DNA of 64,000 bases from Macrostomum lignano (lineage: Eukaryota): contig NIVC01001170.1 in assembly GCA_002269645.1 (NCBI GenBank), forward strand, positions 227,547 to 291,546, read 5' to 3'. Position 1 is the stretch's first letter, and every line of letters begins with the position of its first letter. A model generated the notes under the pieces. The model did no database searches. It had not been told where the DNA came from and saw nothing but the letters and a program-made list of their open reading frames with translations. Made by a program: the position numbers and the translations under genes. Shown here piece by piece: positions 38,901-52,035 of this stretch.

Positions 38901-41177
38901 GGTGTCACTCCCTTTGTCACACTCGGTGTCACTCCCTTTGTCACACTCGGTGTCGCTCCCTTTGTCACACTCGGTGTCACTCCATTTGTCACACTCGGTG
39001 TCGCTCCCTTTGTCAAAATTGGTGTCACTTCCTTTGTCACACTCGGTGTCACTCTCTTTGTCACACTCGGTGTCACTCCCTTTGTCACACTCGGTGTCAC
39101 TCCATTTGTCACACTTGGTGTCACTCCCTTTGTCACACTCGGTGTCACTCCCTTTGTCACACTCGGTGTCACTCCCTTTGTCACACTCGGTGTCACTCCC
39201 TTTGTCACACTCGGTGTCACTCTATTTGTCACACTCGGTGTCACTCTTTTGACACACTCGGTGTCACTCTATTTGTCACACTCGGTGTCACTCCCTTTGT
39301 CACACTCGGTGTCACTCCCTTTGTCAAAATTGGTGTCACTTCCTTTGTCACACTCGGTGTCACTCTCTTTGTCACACTCGGTGTCACTCTCTTTGTCACA
39401 ATCAGTGTCACTTCCTTTGTCACACTCGGTGTCGCTCCCTTTGTCACACTCGGTGTCACTCCCTTTGTCACACTTGGTGTCACTCTTTTGACACACTCGG
39501 TGTCACTCTCTTTGTGACGTCACTCGGTGTCACTCTATTTGTCACTCGGTGTCACTCCCTTTGTCACACTCGGTGTCACTCCCTATGTCACACTCGGTGT
39601 CACTCCCTATTGTTACTCACTTTGTCACACTCGGTGTCACTCCTTTTAATATACTCCGTGTCACTATCTTTGTCACACTCTGTGTCACTCTTTGTCATAA
39701 TCGGTGTATTTTCCACAATGCTCAGTGCCCCAATGATATGTTTAAGTTGACTTCATTGCTAACTTATTTTCAGCGTTCTCAAGCTTAACAGCGCTCTGGT
39801 GATTACTACCCACCTGCAGGAAGTGGCCATTCGTAACTTGCACCAGTCGACGGGCTCTTTGGTAAGCTGAAGACTTCTTGTCAGCTTCAAATACGTTAAA
39901 ATGAGCTGATCTATTTAATGTTCAAATAGTTGCGAATAAAATTTTACTGACTCTTTTCGGACACTCCAACTCGGACACCCATATAGGACAATTATCTCCG
40001 ACACTCATCTCGGGCACTCACCTCAGACACTCATCTCATACACTCACCTCGGACACTCACCTCGGACACTTATCTCATGCACAGCATCTCGGACACTCAC
40101 CTCGGACACTCATCTCATGCAATCATCTCGGATACTCACCTCGGACACTCACTTCGGACACTCATCTCATGCACTGCATCTCGGACACTCATCTCGGACA
40201 CTCACCTCGAACGCACCTCGGACACTCAAATGGAACACTAGTAGGTTCCTAAAAATTCCCCCCCCTAAGACAAATCACGCCTTCCAATGCAGAACTCGCT
40301 GATCCGGAACAAAGTATTCGTGCCAACCCTGCGCCGCAACATGGAGGCGTCCCAGTCTGGCCACAACAGCCGGGGCCGCCCGCTCTCCTTGTTTCCGGCT
40401 TCTAATAAATCTTCGACGCCGCATCAACATCCGGCTCCTGATTCGCCAGAAACTCTCAATGAAGAAGATGTCGAGGAGTTAAGCCTTAGCGAAGATGACT
40501 GGGATCCGTCAAAGCCGACAGCCGCACTGGCGCACACCCATCGGCCTGTCGGCGACAAAAATCGACGCTTGCCAACGTCGCGAAAACAACCGCCGGCGCC
40601 GGTCAACGGTGTCGTTAGTGGCGAAGACAGCTCTCGGGAGCTGCCGCCGAGGCCGCTGCCACAGATGCCTCAGACTCTGAAGCCCCTGCCTCCGACGACG
40701 ACATCACCGACACCACCGACGCCAGAGCCACCGACGCCGCCATCACCGACACCACCGATGCCAGAGCCACCGACGCCTCAGACTCTGAAGCCCCTGCCTC
40801 CGACACCGCCGACGCCGCTGTCGCAGACGCTGCCGCCACCAACGCCGCCGCCACCGACGCCGCCGCCAAAGACGCCGCCAAAGACGACGACTTTGACACA
40901 GCAATTGAATCCTCCAGGAATCCGAGTGCCACCCGGTGCTGTGGCAATTCCGGGCCTGGCGATGAGCATGCCAATGCCTCGCCCGCAACAGCAGCATCAG
41001 CAGAACCAGCAGAACCAGCCGCCGTCAGTGCCACCAAAACCGCCGAGCAAGCCATTGAGAAAAAAGAATATTGACACACCAGCTCCCAAGGAGGCGCAAG
41101 CGCCAGTGCCTGTACCAAGAAAGCGGGGCGGAAATGCTAAGATTAACAACTCACCGGGTTCTGAGTGCGACGCCTGA
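29462..41177 (+). CDS. CARMIL: CARMIL / LRRC16 homologue; exons 29462-30067, 30615-30694, 30781-30881, 33719-33930, 34855-34932, 35111-35585, 36166-36265, 36360-36411, 37267-37656, 38266-38807, 39774-39861, 40293-41177 (1202 aa plus an unresolved 5' exon)
   Basis: [23 protein letters not shown]...[13 protein letters not shown] matches the CARMIL linker (VQWDVDTIY...LQDFSH...IAALEYNQWF); LRRs such as [26 protein letters not shown]...FNQTL; all 11 introns are GT-AG with consistent phases; Pro-rich tail. The start codon is not located (candidate exon near 29155-29250). Confidence 0.9.
30905..33687. repeat. 42-bp minisatellite, about 66 copies, in CARMIL intron 30882-33718
   Basis: TCGATTGCTGAATCATGGTTTGTTATCCGTGATCTAGAGTTC units; substitutions only. 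Confidence 0.98.
33945..34465. repeat. 20-bp minisatellite (GGGTGACATTAGACTCAGCT), intronic
   Basis: Directly visible. Confidence 0.97.
35600..36122. repeat. (GTTA)n microsatellite, intronic
   Basis: Directly visible. Confidence 0.98.
36594..37210. repeat. 20-bp minisatellite (GATGAGACATGACACAGGTA), intronic
   Basis: Directly visible. Confidence 0.97.
37745..38225. repeat. 28-31-bp minisatellite (GGGATAATGAGGATTATCGCCGAACTCAATT), intronic
   Basis: Directly visible. Confidence 0.95.
38838..39690. repeat. 21-bp minisatellite (TTTGTCACACTCGGTGTCACT core), intronic
   Basis: Directly visible. Confidence 0.96.
39958..40228. repeat. Short-period minisatellite (GGACACTCACCTC), intronic
   Basis: Directly visible, degenerate. 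Confidence 0.85.
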
Positions 41178-41277
41178 TGCGACTGATTTCACTCTACGCC
41201 ATTACATACTGGACCCACGATGTATTTAGCATCGCTAGCACTGTCTGTTTTAGCCCCCCTTTACAACTGCCGAATGC

Positions 41278-41592
41278 TGCACCCACCTCACTCCCCGCCT
41301 GTCCCCAACCCCTAATGCCGCAACACCCACCTCACTCCCCGCCTGTCCTCAACCTCCAAAGCCGCAGCACCCACCTCACTCCCCGCCTGTCCCCAACCCC
41401 CAAAGCCGCAACACCCACCTCACTTCCCACCTGTCGCCAAACCTTAAAGCCGCAGCACCCACCTCACTTCCCACCTGTCGCCAAACCTTAAAGCCGCAGC
41501 ACCCACCTCACTCCCCGCCTGTCCCCAACCCCCAATGCCGCAACACCCACCTCACTCCCCGCCTGTCCCCAACCCCAAAGCCGCAACACCCA
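41278..41592. repeat. 36-37-bp C-rich minisatellite downstream of the CARMIL stop
   Basis: GCACCCACCTCACTCCCCGCCTGTCCCCAACC units. Confidence 0.9.
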
Positions 41593-42340
41593 GTAGGCTC
41601 CGATTAGGCTTATAACTGCAGTTCATTTGTCTCAATGCTCTCAACTGCTCAATACCATTTATATAATTCATTTCATGTATCTGCACTGACAAGAACAATA
41701 TTAGGCTGTATGAGCGTAAATATCTTCTGTTCGGTGCTACAATTATGCTATATTCATAATTACCAAATTGAATTGTTTGAACATAAAATTGGTGCAAAGT
41801 TTGCTGCCTTCATTTCATTCCATGTTGCATTAATCCAGAGAGGGTTGTTCCCCGACGCCACAAAATCTGCTTCTTGTGCCATTTTGATATACTCGTAAAA
41901 GTGCGTGTAAGCCTAGTTTACCTTTTTGCACTTTTGTCGGTTTTTCCTACTTGCCTAGCTGTCTGTGATTATTTTTCGAACATTTTTTATCCATTTTTAT
42001 TTGAGAATGGTTTTCTTTTTAATTGAAAAACGTGATGAAATACAGATATCGTGTGCTGTGTCCACCCAATCACTCTAAATCAGTGAGCTTTCCTATGCGT
42101 TGAAAATTATTTTACTGAGTTTACACAGGTAACAGCTAGCATAACAAGTATAGTGAGGGTAAGCTGATAGAGCAAGACCAGTTTTCATTAAATTATTGTG
42201 GCCGGCCGCACAATAAATCGAACTCCCGACGTGCTAACTTCTGAAAACGCCTTAGTAACCATCGACAAATTATGAAAAAAATTGCAGCCTCGCTTGCTTT
42301 TTAGGGCTTGAACTGATATGACGCGATTATGTGTGATACT

Positions 42341-42570
42341 CAGGGCGTCGCCACCCGGGGGGGGGGACATGCCAATGCTTTGTCCCCCCACCCAGCCTTG
42401 TGACCCGTTATGGAAACCAATAGTTTTGATTCAGGGCGACAAAACATACATGTAGCGCCTGCGGCGCCAAAATTTGTGTCTGCGGCGCCAAAATGAATGA
42501 GCGCTAACAACAACAACTCTGAAAATAAGGTACATGTAGGAATTTAGTCATGTACACTAGCAATCTACGC
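42341..42570. mobile_element. Diverged member of the 20914 MITE family, opposite orientation
   Basis: CAGGGCGTCGCCAC...GTGACCCGTTATGGAAACCAATA...TGTAGGAATTTAGTCATG matches the reverse complement of 20960-21140. Confidence 0.6.
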
Positions 42571-42784
42571 CCCCCGTTGGGGAGCCAAAGAAATGCAAAA
42601 CATATTTTTTTAATAAGCTACATGTATCCTTGAAATCTTAAAAAATCTCCTGTCAAACCTTGTAACCCTTGACATGTCAGTAATTCCCCCCCCCCACAAG
42701 CTTTAACATATCAACTTCCCCCCTTGACATCTCAGCAATGCCCCCAATAAGCCTTGGAAATCTAAAAATATCTGTCAACCTTCT

Positions 42785-42872
42785 AACCCTAACCCTAGCC
42801 TAACCCTAACCCTAACCCTAACCCTAACCCTACCCTAACCCTAACCCTAACCCTAACCCTAACCTAACCCTA
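42785..42872. repeat. Interstitial telomere-type (CCCTAA)n tract, about 14 imperfect units
   Basis: Directly visible; flanked by ordinary sequence on both sides. Confidence 0.95.
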
Positions 42873-43719
42873 AAGCATTGAAATTTCAGTAATTCTCTCT
42901 AAGAGTCATTATAGCACTACTACAGCATTATAGCGATTCCCTGCAAGCCTCGACATCGTAGGGATTCCCAAATGAATCTCTTAACTTCGACATGAAGCTT
43001 CTTTTATTTTTTTACATTACGCTTTTTTAATCAGCGATCCCTCCCCTGAGGAGGCATCAAATAATGTAATAAAAAGTTTTCAATAAACTACATGTAGCTT
43101 CTGACTTTAGCCTTGAAATCTCATTTATACCCCCGTGAGCCTTGACATCTCAGCTATTCCCCCGTAAGCCTTGACATGTCAGCGATGGCGCCCATAAACC
43201 TTGAAATCTGAAAAATCCCCTGCTAACCTTGAAACCTGATAAAATGTAACCCTCAACCCACACCTGACCTAAACCTAACTTTAACCCAACATAAAGCCTT
43301 GAAATCTCAGCAATTCTTCTCCCCTAAGCCTTGACATTTTAGTGATTCCTTCTTTAAGAATCACAGCACTATAACGATTTCCACCTAGCTTTGACATCGT
43401 AGCAATTCCCAAATGAATCTTTTAACTTCGACATGACTTTTCTTTTATGTATACATAGTGCTACTTTTATTTTTTACATGACTCTTCTTCTATCAGCGCC
43501 CCCCCCGTGGCGAGCCAACAAAGAATGCAATAAAAAAATTGAGTAAAGTACATGAACTTTGAATTAGCTTCTGACTTTTGCTTTGACATCTCAGAAACCC
43601 CCCCCCCGTAATCTCAGTTATTCTCTGAGAGCCTTGACGTCTCAGTTTTTCTCCCCAGCACAGCATTATAGCTGCATTTAATTTTTCCATGACACCCTTC
43701 ATGTCTGACATGACGCTTC

Positions 43720-44125
43720 TTTTCTTCTACCATGATGCTTCTTAATTTTTTAAATGACACTTTCATAAGTTTTCAAATGACGCTTCTATGATTTTTTTCA
43801 TGACGCTTCTATGATTTTAACATGACGCTTCTATGATTTTTTCATGACGCTTATATGATTGTTTACATGACGCTTCTATGATTTTTTCATGACGCTTCTA
43901 TGATTTTAACATGACGCTTCTATGATTGTTTACATGACGCTTCTATGATTGTTTACATGACGCTTTTATGATTTTTACATGACGCTTCTATGATTGTTTA
44001 CATGACGCTTCTATGATTTTTATATGACTTTTATGATTTTTATGATTTTATGATTTTATGATTTTTTACATGACGCTTCTATGATTTTTTACATGACGCT
44101 TCTATTATTCATTACATGACGCTTC
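43720..44125. repeat. Minisatellite of about 20 bp (CATGACGCTTCTATGATTTT)
   Basis: Directly visible. Confidence 0.93.
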
Positions 44126-47100
44126 TTTTTAAAAATTCTTTTAGTTTTCCTGACCTTGAAAAGCTTTAATTAAAAAAATTATACTCTATGAAAATTCGAA
44201 CCATCGTCGCTGCATTTAGCAGTTCAGTTTGTTTACCTCTAGGCTAGCTCTCATCGTTTTGATAACACCAAATTTTGCACTTATATAATTCAACACTTTA
44301 AAATCCAAGCATAGAGTAAATCACACAAAGCAGTTATGACATAATCAGTTTCTCAGTCAGTCAGTATCAGTTAACAATATGGTTACGCAATCTAAATCAA
44401 GTCTGGTGCTACGCTTCCACACTGCATTTTCAATTCAAGTCGGAGTTACAATTCAGTGATGATGCAATCTATTTCAGAATCAGAATTCAACCAGTCAGTT
44501 TTTTTCTAGCATTCTTACAATGCATTTCAAGTCGAAAAGTTGTCTTGACCTTTGCAAAAAAGCATGTTTTTCGAATATTTAATGCCTTTAGCATCGAGCA
44601 ATTTCTTAGCCACGATGCATGTACAGTCACGGGAAAATTTCTGATCGAACAGTGCAAGTCTTATGAAAATCGGTTAAGCCATTTTTTCTGTAATCGATTA
44701 CAAGCAAGCAAGCAAGATTTTCATTTTTAGTATATACGAGTGGAACTCCTCCTTCGGAGGAGAAAGGGGAAGAACTCCCATCACCGGAATTCCATTCCCT
44801 GAAATATCCATCAACTTAAATTCCATGTCTTGAACCCTATCTTCCAAATCGTCTCCAAATTCTTTACAAACCTTTCAAAGACCATAGCTCAAAGACTCTC
44901 ACGTCTCTCATATCTCCTCTCTCCTCTCTTCGCTATTATCGTGACTCTCTTCTCTCGCCTCTCTCTCATCTAATCTCTACCCCTACTCTCTTATTTATCT
45001 CTTCTCCCTCGTCTTTCGTCTGTACCCTCTCTTGTCTCTTGTCCCCTCTCTTCTCTCATATCTCTCCTCTTCACTTCTGTCTCCTGTCTCCTCTCTTCTC
45101 TCTTATCTCTCCCTTTTCTCTCCTCTCTCATATGTCATCTCTACTCACTTGTCTATCGTCTCTCTTAACCCTCTCTCTCTTCTCTTTTATCTCCTCTCTG
45201 CTCTCATTTCTCATATCTCATATACGCTCTCACACTCTACTTTCTTATCTTTCATCTGTCTTTCCTTCTTTCCACTATCCCATGTCTCTTCTCTTCTCTC
45301 TTTTCTATCCTCTCCATTGTATCTTTTCTCCTCTCCTTGCTCCTTTTATCTTCTTCCCTCTCTTCTCTAATCTCTAATCTGTTCTCTCATGTACTCACTC
45401 ATATCTTCTCATCGCATCTCTCATCTCTCCTCTCCTCACTACTTTCCTCTCTTAACTCTCTCATCTCTCATCTTTCATCTCTCTCCTCTCTCCTCTCTCT
45501 CTTCTCCTTTCGCTTCTCTCTCCTCTCTCTCCTCTCATCTCTACTACCTTATTTATATCTTCTCCCTGGTTTTTCGTCTCTACTCTCTACTGTGTCCTTT
45601 CTCCCCTCTTTTCTCCTCTCTTCTCTCTCCCCTCCTCTCTCATCTCTCATCCCTCATCTCACTCTTTCTTTCTCCTCTACTCTCCTTTCTCTTTTATTTC
45701 CACTGTACGCTCTTATCCCTCATCTATTCTCTCTCCTATTCTGTCTCCCTTTGCTATCTCATATCTCCCCTCTCATCTCCTCTCTCCTCTTCTCTTCTCT
45801 CTCCCTCTTCGTTCCCGCCTTACTCCCCTCTTCTCTCCCATCTGTCATGTCTAATCTCTCCACTCATTTCTACTCTGTTTTCTACCCACTCATCTTTCTA
45901 CTCTTTTTATTTTTCTCTTTACTCTCTTCTCTGACTGATTGAAGATGCCAAATCCATCAAGATCCTCTCCACGAAGCAGAAATCTGTCTGTGCAACTGAA
46001 AACAATCGAAATACTCTCCGCGAAACGGAAACACTCTCCGTGAAACTGAACACCATCGAAATGATCTTTTTTAAACTGGACTCAATCGAAATTTACTTCG
46101 TCAGACAGAACTCAACTCTCAGGATTCAGTGGCTAGGGTTAGGGTTAGGGTTAGGGTTAAAGCTACACACAGCTGCGTGTTGAAAGGCAGCGATAATAAA
46201 AAATTGAACTAATTGAAGCAACAGATTGCGCAATCGATTTCTCAATAAGTCAGTATCAGTCTGAGTTCAAGTTAACAAAATGATTGCGCAATTTAAATCA
46301 ACCATCCAATACACAGCGACCGCCCCCTTCCAATACGCAGTGGCAAGTAGACGTTGAACCCCCCAACTTTATCTCTGACCTGTCGCAAAAATAAGTACAA
46401 TCTTTGCAAAAGTATGGAAATCGTTTTTTGAATGCCGTATTTTTAGTTATTATCATATTTAAAGCAAACAACTTATATCCCCGAACTCAGCGCTGCAAGC
46501 TCTTTCCAGCAATAAAAGTCTCGTCTCTCAAAGTTCAAAAATCGAGCAACAGTTAGCGTTTGAAACTTTCTGATTTAAAGCATTGAAATATCGAGTGTAC
46601 GTTCACTGCCTGCAGCAGAGGGAGGCTCGCAAGTTTATTCATTGAATTTCACTGTCCAAAACTACACAGGGCAGCCTATTGAAAATCAGAACACATATCG
46701 TTGCGCAATTGTCTATCTATACAATCAGCCAGTGAGCTAGGGTCCGATTGTACACACGCAGCCACTGAGAATGCGACCATCCCCACTGGAGAGAAAATAC
46801 ACTGTAGAGATAGGAGACAGTTGTGGCGCAATCACTCAAAATTTATGCAAATTTTTAGCTCCAAACAGAAAGAGGGGACAATTAAGATTATCAAAGGTCA
46901 AGACCACCATTTTCTGCTTTTTTAGGGATCTTAAAATGTAAAAATGAAATATTAAAATAGCCTAAAGCCATCCTCAGAAAATTTTCAGTTTTCCAATATA
47001 AGTTTCAACGCTGAGTTGCAAGTATTCTAGGAGGAGTTATGCAACAGACAAACAAACACACAAACATCGCACCAACTTTAGTATATACGAGTGGAACTCC

Positions 47101-49819
47101 TCCTCTGGAGGAGAAAGGGGAAAAACTCCCATCACCGGAATTCTGAAGGGGAAGAACTCCCATCAGCTGAAATTCCATGACTTGAATCCCATCTTCCAAA
47201 TCATCTCCAAATCCTCTACAATCTATCAACTCCCATCTCTCATCTCTTGCGCCCTGCGCTCTAATTTTTATTTTTACTCTCTTCTTTCTCCTCACTAATT
47301 ACTCCTGTCTACACTTTCATCTCTCTCATCTCTGATCTTTCATCTCTCTTCTCCCTCCTCTCTCCCTTCTCTCGCTTCTCTCTCTCCTCTATTCATACTC
47401 TTCTCGCTTATCTCTTCTCTCTCATATCTCATCTCTACTCCCTTATTTATCTCTTCTCCCTCGCCTTTCGTCTGTACCCTCTCCTGTCTACTCTCCTATC
47501 TTCTCTCTTATCTCTCCCCTTTTCTCTCCTCTCTAATATCTCATATCTACTCACTTATCTATCGTCTCCGCTCTACTTTCTATCTCCCCTTTTCTCTCCT
47601 CTCTCTGCTTTCATTTCTCGTATCTCTTATACGCTCTCACCCTCTCCTTTCTTATCTACCATCTTTCTTCCCTTTCTACTGCATCACCTGTCTCCTCTCC
47701 TCTCTTTTCTCTCCTCTCCATTCCCTCTTCTCTCCTCTTATCTCCCCTCATCTCTTCTCTAATCTCTCCTCTCTCCTCTCTCATATCTCTTCTCTACTCA
47801 CTTATCTATTCTCTCTCCTCTGCTCCCCTTTTACACTTTCCTATATGCTCTCACTCTCACCCTCTCCTTTCTTATCTCCTGTTTTTTACACTCCTTTCTA
47901 CCACCTGTCTCCTCTCGTTTCTCTCCTCTCTGCACTCTCATCTTTACCCTCTTCTTTCTCCTCACTACTTTCTTCTCTTAAATCTCTGATCTCTGATCTT
48001 TCATCTCTCTCCTCTCACCTCTCACCTCTCTCCTCTCTTTCCTCTCTTCTATTGCCTCTGTACGCTCTTATCCCTCCTTTCTTTTCGCTCCTGTCTCCTC
48101 TCTGCTATCTCATATCTCCTCTCTCATATCCTCTCCCTTCATCTCCTCTCTCCTCTTCTCTCTCCCTCTTCGTTCCCGCCTTACTCCCCTCTTCTCTCCC
48201 ATCTGTCATGTCTAATCTCTACACTCATTTCTACTCTGTTTTCTATCATCTCATCTCTCTTCTCTTTTCATTCTTCTCTTTACTCTCTTCTCTGACTGAT
48301 TGAAGATGCCAAATCCATCAAGATCCTCTCCGCGAAGCAGAAAAATCCTGTCCGTGCAACTGAAAACCATCGAAATCCTCTCCGTGAAGCTGAACATCAT
48401 CGAAATCCTCTCCGTGAAACTGAACACCTTCGAAATCCTCTCCGTGAAACTGAACACCTTCGAAATCCTCTCCGTGAAACTGAACACCTTCGAAATCCTC
48501 TCCGTGAAACTGAACACCTTCGAAATCCTCTCCTTGAAACTTAAATCCATCAAAATCGTCTCCATAAAGCAGAAATCAATCATTAATTATCTCCGCGAAA
48601 CAGAAATCCTCTCCGTGAAGCTGAACATCATCAAAATCCTCTCCGTGAAACTGAGCACCATCGAAATCCTCTCCACGAAACAGAAATCCTCTCCGTCAAA
48701 ATTAAAACATTGAAATCGTCTCCGCTAAACTGGACTCAATCGAATTTTTTTCCCTCAAACAACTCAACTCTCCGGATTCATTGGTTAGGGTTAGGGTTAG
48801 GGTTAGAACTACGCACAGCTTCGTGTTAAAAGGCACTGATAAACTATTGAACTAATTGAATCAATTCATTGCGCAACCGATTTCACAGTCAGTCAGTATC
48901 AGTCTCAGTTAAAGTTATTAAAAACATTGCGCAATCTAATCAACCCTCCAATACAAAGCAACTGACCCCCTTCCTATACACAGCGCCAGTTAGAAGTGGA
49001 AACCCCCAACTTTATCTCTCACCTCTCGCCAAAATGAGTACAATCTTTGCAGAAAGTTTAAAGTATGGAAATAGTTTTTGCAATGCAGAGCTTTTAGTTT
49101 TCATATTTGAAGCAAACAATTTATATCCCTGAAATCAGCTTTGCAAGTTCTTTCCAGCAATATAAATTTTTTCTCTTAAAGTTAAAAACTCGAGCAACAG
49201 TTTGCGTTTGAAACTTTCTGATTTAAAGCATTGAAATATCGATTGTACGTTCACTGCCTGCTAAAGAGGCCCGCAAGTTTATGCATTGAATTTCAAGGTT
49301 CAACAAAATCACAGGGCTGCCTATTGAAAATTAGAACACAAATCTTTGCGCAATTGTCTATACAGTCAGCCAGTGAGCCAGGGTCCGATTGTACACAGGC
49401 AGCCATTTAGAACGCCCCATCCCCCCACTGGAGAGAAAATACACTGCAGAGATAGGGAAAAGTTGTGGCGCAATCACTTGAAATTCATGCAAATTTTCAG
49501 CTCCAAGCAGAAAGAGGGGACAATTAAGATTATCAAAGGTCAAGACCGCCGTTTTCTGCTTTTTTGAGGATCTTAGAAATTAAAATTTCAGAATTAAAAT
49601 AGCCTATAGCCGACCTCGGATAATTTCCAATCTTCCCATATAAGTTTCAACGCTGAGTTGCCACTATTCAAGGAGGAGTTGTCGAAATGACAGACAGACA
49701 CACAGACAGACAGACAAACAACGCGTCAACTTTAGTATATACGAGGCCAACTCCTCCTTCGGAGGAGAAAGGGGAAGAACTCCCATCACCGGAATTCCAT
49801 TCCCTGAAATCCACCAACT

Positions 49820-50080
49820 GAATCCCATCATCCAACTCCTCACCGCAAAATCATCCAACTCCTCACCGCAAAATCATCCAACTCCTCACCGCAAAATCAT
49901 CCAACTCCTCACCGCAAAATCATCCAACTCCTCACCGCAAAATCATCCAACTCCTCACCGCAAAATCATCCAACTCCTCACCGCAAAATCATCCAGCTCC
50001 TCACCGCAAAATCATCCAACTCCTCACCGCAAAATCATCCAACTCCTCACCGCAAAATCATCCAACTCCTCACCGCAAAA
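49820..50080. repeat. 23-bp minisatellite (ATCATCCAACTCCTCACCGCAAA) inside array unit 3
   Basis: Directly visible. Confidence 0.95.
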
Positions 50081-51559
50081 CTGAACACCATCGAAATCCT
50101 CTCCGCGCAACAGAAATCGTCTCCGTGCAACTGAACACCATCAAAATCCTCTCCGCGAAACAGAAAACGTCTCCGTGAAAATGGACTCAAAGGAAATCCT
50201 CTGCGTAAAACTAAAATCCATCAAAATTGTTTCCGTAAAACAGAAATACATCAAAATTCTCTCCATGAAACAGAAATCCTCTCCGTGAAACTGAAAACCA
50301 TCGAAATCCTCTCCGCAAGACAGAAATCCTCTCCAAGAAACTGAAAACCATTGAAATTCTCTCCGTGAAACTGGACTCAATCGAAATTTTCTCGGTCAAA
50401 AGGAATAAACTCTCAGGATTCAATGGTTAGGGTTAGGGTTAGGGTTAGGGTTAGAGCTACACACAGCAGCGTGTTGAAAGGCGCCGATAAAAAACTGAAC
50501 CAATTGAATCAATTGAAAGCGCAACCGATTTCACAGTCATTCAGTATCAGTCTCAGTAAAAGTTAACAAAAAATTGCGCAATCTAAATCAACGCTCCAAT
50601 ACACAGCGACCGACCCCTTCCAATACGCAGTGAAGGTAAGAAATTCAACCCCCCCCCCCCCCCCAACTGTTAGGGGGTCGGTCGAACCCCCATTGAACCC
50701 GTAAAATGAGTACAATCTTTGCAGAAAGTTAAAAGTATGGAAATCTCTTCTTGAATGCAGTGCTTTTTGCTTTCATATTTAAAGCAAACAACTTATATCC
50801 TCGAAGTCAGCATTGAAAGATCTTTCCAGCAATATAAGTCTCTTCTCTCAGAGTTCAAAACTCGAGGAACAGTTGGCGTTTGAAATATCCCAATTTAAAG
50901 CATTGAACTATCGAGTGTACGCATGCGTGCACTGCCTGCTAAAATGCTTGCAAGTTTATTCATTGAATTCCACTGCCGCCCCAGCACCATCAACACAGGG
51001 GGGTTTGGTTAAGTTCTCAGTGCACGCAGTTGTGGTGCAATCGCTAAAAATTGATGTCAACCGGCCCAGCTTACACCCCTTCAGCTGAAAGAATACACTG
51101 CACAGATAGGCCAGCTGCTGTGGCGCAATCATTGCAAATTACGCAAGATGGGCATATTCCCCTATTGTTCTACGATTTCTGCTTTTTTAGGGATCTTAAA
51201 ATTTGAAAATAAAAAATTGAAATAGCCCACTGCCATCCTCGGAAAATTTGCAGTTTTCCCATATAAGTTTCAACGCTGACTTGCAAGTCGTTTAGGAGGA
51301 GATGTGTATCACACAAACAGACAAACAACGCACCAACTTTAGTATTAAGACGAGGCCAACTCCTCCGTTGGAGGAGAAAGGGGAAGAACTCCCATCATCG
51401 GAAACCATCAGCTGAATCCTATGACCTGAATCCCATCATCCAAGGTCTCTCTAAAATCCATCAAATTCCTCTCCATGAAACAGAAATCCATTAAAATCCT
51501 CTCTTTCAAACAGATTTTTATTCATAAAAACTCTCTCAGTCAAACAGATATTGATCAAA

Positions 51560-52035
51560 ACTCTCCGTGAAACAGATATTCATCAAAATTCTCTCCGTGA
51601 AACAGATATCCATTAAAATCCTCTCCGTGAAACAGAAATCCATTAAAATCCTCTCCGTGAAACAGAACTCCATCAGAATCCTCTCCGTGAAACAGAACTC
51701 CATCAGAATCCTCTCCGTGAAACAGAACTCCATCAGAATCCTCTCCGTGAAACAGAACTCCATCAGAATCCTCTCCGTGAAACAGAACTCCATCAGAATC
51801 CTCTCCGTGAAACAGAACTCCATCAGAATCCTCTCCGTGAAACAGAACTCCATCAAAATCCTCTCCGTGAAACTTAAACCCATCAAAATCCTCTCCATGA
51901 AACTTAAACCCATCAAAATCCTCTCCGTGAAACTTAAACCCATCAAAATCCTCTCCATGAAACTTAAATCCATCAAAATCCTCTCCATGAAACTTAAATC
52001 CATCAAAATCCTCTCCGTGAAACCGATATTCATCA
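51560..52035. repeat. 30-bp minisatellite (AATCCTCTCCGTGAAACAGAACTCCATCAG) inside array unit 4; related runs in the other units
   Basis: Directly visible; related repeats at 48350-48700, 57190-57590, 59520-59770 and 62630-62880. Confidence 0.95.

Noticed and set aside
41165-41491. Alternative Pro-rich terminal exon of CARMIL
   Set aside because: It derives from a 36-37-bp minisatellite whose units shift frame, and there is no convincing donor upstream.
42785-46156. True telomere or end-to-end chromosome fusion site
   Set aside because: The tracts are short and internal, and the order is CCCTAA then TTAGGG, separated by 3 kb. A fusion would give abutting TTAGGG then CCCTAA.
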